From a virus (lineage: Duplodnaviria; Heunggongvirae; Uroviricota; Caudoviricetes), in IMG/VR virus record IMGVR_UViG_3300031998_000033, positions 1-36,684 of that record: a stretch of DNA of 36,684 bases. The stretch is one strand, 5' to 3'. A model generated the notes under the pieces. The model saw only the letters and a list, made by a program, of their open reading frames with translations. It made no database searches and was not told where the DNA came from. Made by a program: the position numbers and the translations under genes. Positions within the stretch are counted from its first letter, which is position 1, and every line of letters starts with the position of its first letter. Positions 29,945-36,684 of the stretch are shown here, piece by piece.

Positions 29945-30733
29945 TTACGACATTCCCCATTCGTCTCTGGCGTAGTTCGGCAGTTCCTTAAACGCCGGGC
30001 CCGGGATATTGACAATGTCCGTCTTGAATCGGTTCTTGATAAACCTGCCGTAAATTTCAGCATTAAACGCGACGTCTTCTACGTTCTGGCATCTGATAAG
30101 CCTGTCAAGCCGTTCATATGTAAAACCAAGCTTGTCTTCGTCTGAAAGCGGCTGTAGTCCGTCTACGGGCGTCTTGTCTGCAAGGACGTCGGGAATGCCC
30201 AGCCATTTTGCAAGCGACTTAACTTCAGTCTTGGTAAGGCCTTTTATAGGCGCATAGCACCCCATATTATCGCCTCCAAACGTGGAATACCCCACGACGT
30301 CTTCGCTAAGGTTGCACGTGTTGACGACGACACCTCCGAGACACTGCGCGACCGCGAACAAAACCGTCATGCGGATACGGGCCGGCATGTTAATCCTGCA
30401 TGCATCAGTGGCGTCGATCGCATTGTTCTCTACGCCGTTCATCAGAATATTGAACGCGTCTCCTATATCGATAGTAACGCGCCTGATTCCGAGCTTGTCG
30501 AACACCGCGTTTACATCCGCCATATCATGCTGTCCGTCGCATGGAAGCGACACGCCTACTATGCGGTTTCTGCCGAAAATCCTCACGGCGAGCGCGGCGA
30601 CGCATGTCGAATCGACGCCGCCGGAAATCCCCACCACGTAAACACCCGGCATGACCTCATTGTTCCAGGCTTTCCAATCGCGCTCGATTTCCGCATAAGC
30701 CCGGCTGGGTTCTATAAAAATATTTTTTTCCAT
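29945..30733 (-). CDS. nadE: NH3-dependent NAD+ synthetase
   Basis: VGISGGVDS, NMPARIRM, TCNLSE..VGYSTFGGD, PIKGLTKTEV, DEDKLGFTY. Confidence 0.9.
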   Translation of the reverse strand: MEKNIFIEPSRAYAEIERDWKAWNNEVMPGVYVVGISGGVDSTCVAALAVRIFGRNRIVGVSLPCDGQHDMADVNAVFDKLGIRRVTIDIGDAFNILMNGVENNAIDATDACRINMPARIRMTVLFAVAQCLGGVVVNTCNLSEDVVGYSTFGGDNMGCYAPIKGLTKTEVKSLAKWLGIPDVLADKTPVDGLQPLSDEDKLGFTYERLDRLIRCQNVEDVAFNAEIYGRFIKNRFKTDIVNIPGPAFKELPNYARDEWGMS

Positions 30734-30739
30734 ATTTAA

Positions 30740-30745
30740 ATTATA
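30740..30745 (-). promoter_or_regulatory. putative -10 (TATAAT) 6 nt upstream of nadE ATG
   Basis: AAGG-TATAAT-TTAAAT-ATG. Confidence 0.45.
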
Positions 30746-31904
30746 CCTTCGAGCCTAAAAAACGAACAGCGGTCTCCATGGCCGCCTTTACGGCGTCGTC
30801 CATGTCAAAATACCTATACATGCCGAGCCTTCCGCCGATAATAAGATTATTCCCGTATTTCTAGGCGGCATATCCGGCATATCTTGCGTACAGTGCGGCG
30901 CTTTCGGAATTGTTGACGGGATAATATCTTTCTTTTCCGACGGCCCAGTCGTCCGGGTACTCGCGCTGTATGACTGTAACGCCGCTTTCCATAACGGCGG
31001 AATCTTCCGGATGAAAATGTTTGAACTCATGAATGCGCGTAAACGGAACGTCGGCGTCTACGTAGTTTATCGTTGAGTTGCCCTGATAATCGCTGGCATA
31101 AAGCGTATCGGTCTCGAACCGCAGGCTTCTCCACGGCAAAGGCCCGAACCTATATCCGAAAAGCTCGTCAAGCGCGCCTGTAAAAATCACGGTTTTTCCG
31201 GTCTTTACGTCATTTTCAAGATCATCCTAACCGTATCCAACACCCAGTTCAACCCTTATGCCGGAATGATCGAGCATCCTGTCGAACATCCGTCCATATC
31301 CGTCGAGCGGAATACCCTGGTATCGGTCGTCATAATAACTGACATTGTAGTTGTACCTTATCGGCAGACGTCTGATAATGGACGCATCGAGCTCTTTTGG
31401 ATCGCGGTTCCACTGCTTCGCCGTATAATGCCTAACGAAAATCTCGTACAAATCCCGGCCGATCAGCGACACGGCCTGTTCTTCGAGGTTTTTCGGATTA
31501 GCCGGATCTATACCCATCGCCTTAACATCGGCTTCGATCGCCTCGGCCATAAATTTCTTCGCGTGCGCCGGCCCGTCTATGCCCTTGAAAAACCGCTCTA
31601 TTATGCCGAGGTTGAACGGCAGAAAATACTTTTTCCTGCCGTGCTTCGCGATGCAATGGTGCTGGTACTGGTTGAACTTCGTAAACCTTCCAGCGAAATC
31701 CCATACCGCGTCGTCGTCTGTATGGAATATATGGCATCCGTACCGATGAACCTCTATTCCCCTTTCATAGTATGTCGCGCAGTTCCCGCCTATGCAATCC
31801 CGCCGTTCCAAAACACTTACGCGGCGGCCGGCATCGGCTAGAATCCTCGCGCAAGTACAGCCGAACAATCCGGCGCCGACTATAACAACGTCTTCAGTAT
31901 CCAT
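30741..31904 (-). CDS. glf: UDP-galactopyranose mutase
   Basis: IVGAGLFG, IGGNC, HRYGCHIFHT, YTAKQW, RYQGIPLDGY, IFTGALDE, LPWRSLRF, TRIHEFKHF, YYPV, GGRLGMYRYFDMD; 2 TAGs join three track fragments; ends TAA. Confidence 0.95.
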
Positions 31905-31917
31905 CGTCCCCCTTAAA

Positions 31918-32664
31918 TCAGCAATATAACCATTTATAATCCGTTTTAATGGCATGCCAAAGCTGATTCCCGGCCAAAGCCTATCTAGACGGCGACTTTT
32001 TACATATGCTGTAGTCTGGACACAGCACGCCAAAATCCTTCAGATCACATATCATAAGGCCGTCCTTGACGCATGCGCTAATATACCCGAGTTCGCTGTG
32101 CAGGTTGGCCGTCTTGTTGAACTCTGCGAAAAACGCGTTGATAGACTAAGACGCCTTCTTCGAAAACCTTGCAATATTATGCAGGCATTGACGCCAGAAC
32201 GGCAGATTCTTGTCGCTGTCCAACCGCCTCCACCATATCCATCTGCCGTCAGGCTTTCCGGGAGAAAACATTTCCGCGATGAAATCGAATCCCTAGTCGT
32301 TGAACGGCATTCTGAAAAACGCATCCCATCCGCCGCTGAAACAGACATCGTATTCGATATGCCACATATAGCCGTAATCCGGAAACAGCTCGAAGAACTT
32401 CATAATGGGCCAGTTATACTTGAATAGATACGACGGTACGCCTCCAAGCTTCATACGGTCTTCAATGTCTTTTTCGCCATACCGCACGAAATCTATGCCG
32501 TCCGGCAGAACCTGATCGTTCTTACCCGTTACGTCGATAGCCCATTTGACGTCGTATCCGATTTTTTCGCATCCGGCCTGAATATGCCTGAACCGCCGTA
32601 TAACCTCTTCATCTACTATATGCGAATTGAACAAAACACATGTCTTCGCGCATATACCATTCAT
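31918..32664 (-). CDS. DUF3405-like putative glycan-modifying protein (paralog 1)
   Basis: YGYMWHIEYDVCFSGGWDAFF motif, C-terminal LWHAIK; 3 TAGs; in sugar operon. Confidence 0.55.
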
Positions 32665-32665
32665 T

Positions 32666-33451
32666 TTAAAATCCTCGGTCCTAAACGGTTTTCCATTTTA
32701 TATCGAACTTCACCGGATGATACAGCGTCCCGGGCTTGAAATCCGAAAAGTCTTTAGGCAATTGCGGCCTAAATATAAAGTAGTTGGAATCGGACTTCTC
32801 AATCTTCCAACCGCGTCTTGCGACGGAGGTCGGCCAAGCCATCTCGAAGAACATATACCGGTTGACGTTGAATTCCTCGTAGAAACGGCATATTTCGTCA
32901 AAAGTCCTGTCAGAAAGCCTGCTGCAGCACATCAGTCCTTCGCATACGCAGCCTTCTCCGACGAGTTTCTCCATTACGTTTTTGTCCACCTAGGCGTAAG
33001 CCCACCAGTCAGGATACTCGGCGTATAACTTGAACGATGGCGCGCTTGTAACCAAATCGGCGCAGTTTCCGTCATACTGTCTGAAAAACGCAGTCCAATC
33101 CAAACAGCATACGTCGTATTCGATAAGCCAGACATAGTCGAATTCGCCGGAATGGTCGTACCGGAATGGAAAGACAGCCATCGGCAAACAGTTCTTATAC
33201 GGATCCCGCTGCGGGTTATACACCACATGCGGGAAAAGCTTCTTGAACCTGTCGTATGAAAAACAGTAAAAATCGATCCCGGGACAAAGCCTCGGCTGCG
33301 CCGTGTTCCCGACGTCCAGCGCGTAATAGACAGAATACCCGAGCCCGCGCCCCGCGTCCCGGATGAGACTATATCTGTACAGCGATTCGTCGTCTATCTG
33401 ATGGTTAATAAACAGAACGGCGGTTCGTTTTCCTAAATGTGCGTCAATCAT
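32666..33451 (-). CDS. DUF3405-like putative glycan-modifying protein (paralog 2)
   Basis: FDYVWLIEYDVCCLDWTAFF, FFEMAWPT, LYHPVK; 2 TAGs join track ORFs. Confidence 0.55.
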
Positions 33452-34241
33452 AATACCCCTTGTTCGGCAGCTTGTCGCTTCCAAGCCCGTATTTATTTAT
33501 ACTTTCATGCATGGCGTCTTTCCATTTCTTATATCCGTCATCTTCAGTGTCGAAATGTACGATCATCCTGTCCGTGCAGCACAAGGCCTTTTCGGCGGGA
33601 AAAGTCATGAACAGCTTGTACTGGATGATGCAGTCATCGGCGCTGTAGATACATGCCGTCCGGTTCCATCCGCAGGTTTCCGAATATCCGCCGACAGCCG
33701 CATAATGATCCATGCGCATGGCCATGATTCCACCGCCGACGCCGTGCTGGTCTTTCAAGACGTCATAGTTGTATCCGCCGGCTTCGACAGTCTCGAACGG
33801 CCCATTGTTCTAATAGAAGTTTACAGTTTCATTAGTCATGGCCTCGTCCGAGAAAAACCTGTATCCGACGTATTTTGGATTATGCAGCTCGAATACGGCC
33901 CGCAGCTGGGACAGAAGCGCGGTATCCATTATCTGGATATCCGAATCCATATTGACCAGTATGTCGTCTGGCGCCGGGTTAAACATCTGCGACATAAGAT
34001 CGAATGTCCTGTTCATCCCGTACGCTTTGCCCATGTTCCGCTTCGACATCATAAGGAAATCCACCAGGCCCGACTTGTAATATTTAGACAGAAGCGAACC
34101 GGATTTGTCTTTCGACCCGCTGTCGTATACGCCTATGTACGTATCGGCGTCTTTTACGGACTTAAGCCGGCGTATCGAACTTTCCAGCGTCCCGTTGCGC
34201 TCGGCGTTGTAGTTGCATATCGTGAAAAATATTTTCTTCAT
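33444..34241 (-). CDS. GT2-like (GT-A fold) glycosyltransferase
   Basis: FTICNYN, VYDSGSKD, NMGKAYGMN, VNMDSD (DxD), GGGIM, GGY...YSADD; one TAG at 33810. Confidence 0.8.
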
Positions 34242-35863
34242 ATAGTCTTCTCTTTCTTATCGGTATCCGGCCTCTGGTACGGCGACGGGATATTGTATAC
34301 GTCGATGGCGGTATCTATCACCTTTGCAGTTCCGGACTCGCGCTTCATGTATATCCAAAAAGACGTCATGCGTTCCATAATGAACCCCATGCCGCGCTTC
34401 TGGTATTTGTCCCGCGAATCGAACTCGTTAAGCGAGAAAACGCCAAGTTCCAAGTCGATGCACTTTCTTAGAAATTCCCAGCATTCGAAAAACATGTCGC
34501 GATGCATGACGAATATCTCCATCGGATACGTCGTATTCTGATCCAAGAACTCCTTGAATTTACCGGCAAGATCCGGAAACGCCTCGTTAAAAGCCTGCGT
34601 AAACCTATCGAGGTCGGATTTTACATGGTACATCCTGTATTCTTCACCGATAGGCTTCGGTAATTTCCTGACTTCGCACTGTATAACGTCGGGCTTTAAC
34701 GCATACCTGTTATACTTCAAAACCCTTCTGTAATGGTCAAAACCGATGTATTCCGGATTTCCGAGGGCGGCGTAGTTAGAGTACGTCCACTGCATGACCG
34801 TCATCTCATTGATGTATACGTTGTACTTCGAAAGGCCTCCGTCGCCGGAATTATCCGTAAAGTCCATGCCTTCGGAAAAACCGCCGCCTCCGACCTTGAC
34901 GTATATGCCGCCCTTCCTAAACTCCGGCAGGATCTCCGTCGGAAACGAATAGCTGACAACGATCTTCAAATTGTCGGGATCGCCGACGCCGACGGACTCC
35001 GCGTAGCGCCCGAACTCCTTTCTCGTGTTCTCGTAGTTGACCTTCATCCAGGACTTGAACGGCAGTTGGAACTTCTGCCAGTCGAACCACCTGCGCTCCC
35101 ACGGCTTCGCGCCGACCATATGCTGGATGACGCATTTCTCGGCGAGGTCCATCTGCCCGGCATAGCCGCACATTTTCGCGAAATAACTGTACTGTTTGTA
35201 TCCGGCCATTATCGCCGACACGTTGTACCGCGGATCAACGAACACGACATTCCCCTTGAACGTCATATTCAATATCGACTGGTCTTCGTAGCCGCGCGTC
35301 AGCATAAACTCCGGCGGCTCCTGAAGAAGACGAACCATCTCCAAATCAAGGCCGTCCCTCGCTATGGCCTATACGTCGAACAGGATGACGCCCGCGTTGA
35401 AATACCTTTTCACTCCGCAGTCTTCAAGCTCTTTGCGGTTAAAGCACGCCATGGAAACGTCGTCGCATACGGCTGCGTACCGGCCCTTCAGATCAAGATC
35501 GTACAAGGCGTCTACGCCGAAATTCGTAACAAGTGTATCGCAGTCCAGATATAGGCATCTGCCGACACCTTCCTCTTTGAGAAGCAAGCAGAGCAATGTC
35601 CTTGCATACGTCATCTTAGACAGCGAAAGACTGTGACCTTTACTGAGAAGCCGGTCCAAGACGTCGGTTGAATATACAGTGAAATCCACATCCTTGAACT
35701 TATACCGGCCAAGTTCGGCACGGCACATATCCGCGCAGCCATCGGCCATCAAATGCACGTGAATGCGCTTCCTGCTGTATTTCCTGAGGGAAAATATAAT
35801 ATACAACGCATATTGGAAATAATCCTATGTGCATGCGAGGAATATATGCATAATATCATTCAT
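34238..35863 (-). CDS. bifunctional glycosyltransferase: N-terminal GT8 + C-terminal DUF4422 (GT111, Galf-transferase-like), 541 aa
   Basis: GT8: YARTLL, LYLDCDTLV, YFNAGVIL, DQSILN, HMVGAKPW. DUF4422: DNSGDGGLSKYNVYINEMT..QW, YIGFDHYRR, EIFVM, R..GFIMER. 2 TAGs. Confidence 0.82.
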
Positions 35864-35911
35864 ACGTTATATTATTGTATTTTATCTGACCATGTGTTAA
35901 CGGCATCCATG

Positions 35912-36684
35912 TCAAACCTCCGGCAAAATAACCTAGAGATTGCGCCATGAATATTTCTAAATGTAATTGACGAGATATACCCGCCATGAAGTAGCCATTT
36001 TTTTGTCGCATATGACCTGCATGTTGAGATTGCCATATAGCCTGTGTATCTCGTCTATATTTCCAGTAAAAGCCAATACATTGCCATGGTTTAAAAAGAA
36101 CTTAACAGGACTGTTGTCAAACACTTCAGACAGACGCCGCCCGTATTTTTCGTTTATACGCCTGTTATACCCTTCGATGGCGTTTTCTCCGTTGTTTACA
36201 TTGGACAGGTCTAAATTGGTGCGCTCAAGCTCTACGCCAACGTCAAGACCGTATGAATACGTATAATCCAATCCTATGCATGGAACGTAATTAAGCGTAG
36301 ACACAAGCCAAAACCACAGCTCATCGTGCAGCCCGTTCGTTATATACATCATCTCGTCATAGTCGAAAAGCATGTCCGTAAACGCGCGGGGAGGAAACAA
36401 ACATCCGTTAGACAAATATTTTCCGTATTCTATCTGATTCAATTTTACATCGACGATATTCTTGTATTTGATGCAGCCGTCAACGTCCAGCACCACAGGA
36501 TTCACCTCATGCGATATAATGCAGCCGGGCTGTCTCATCCACATCTAATAAAGCTGCTCGAGCGTCTCCGGCGGATATATCTTGTCATCGTCGAAACACG
36601 CTATAACGTCGTCCGGATGATCTTTATACACCCACACAAGCTTATTGCACGAACGCCACTTCGCCGGACAGGTTTTTATCCGTA
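35912..36684 (-). CDS. GT-A type glycosyltransferase-like protein (5'-truncated)
   Basis: KL..VYKDHPDDVIACFDDDKIYPP..LEQLY(TAG), NGCLFPP, HDELWFW; ends TGA 35912 after read-through. Confidence 0.65.

Noticed and set aside
1-36684. Decayed prophage with many pseudogenes
   Set aside because: Interruptions are exclusively TAG, never frameshifts or internal TAA/TGA, and fall at conserved Gln sites with intact catalytic motifs on both sides.
1-36684. TGA recoding (code 4/25) or bacterial CPR origin
   Set aside because: TGA terminates many genes with ATGA/TGATG overlaps to the next start, and gene content (tail proteins, gp52-like topoisomerase, Mod-like ART) is phage-like.

Overview
This window is best read as part of a large (jumbo/mega-type) lytic phage genome of an anaerobic, LPS-bearing host. 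It uses an alternative genetic code in which TAG encodes glutamine (code 15). By manual count about 70 in-frame TAGs interrupt about 30 genes, several at conserved Gln positions, and every complete gene I traced ends in TAA or TGA. The supplied standard-code ORF track therefore fragments or misses many genes, and my CDS coordinates assume TAG read-through. Left to right the window holds: virion/tail-fibre-like genes (1-5072, minus); a short plus-strand block (T4 gp52-like topoisomerase II subunit, P-loop kinase, lipid A deacylase LpxR); and a long minus-strand run. That run contains nucleotide metabolism genes (NADAR, ThyX, dNMP kinase, dCMP deaminase, dUTPase), GroES-like proteins, a glycosyltransferase, a sigma-70 factor, a metacaspase lipoprotein, a T4 Mod-like ADP-ribosyltransferase, NrdG, an anaerobic ribonucleotide reductase NrdD split into two genes by a free-standing endonuclease, NadE, and a galactofuranose glycan cluster (glf plus several glycosyltransferases). 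Family assignments come from motif recognition by eye, not from database searches. No tRNA, rRNA or CRISPR array was recognised.
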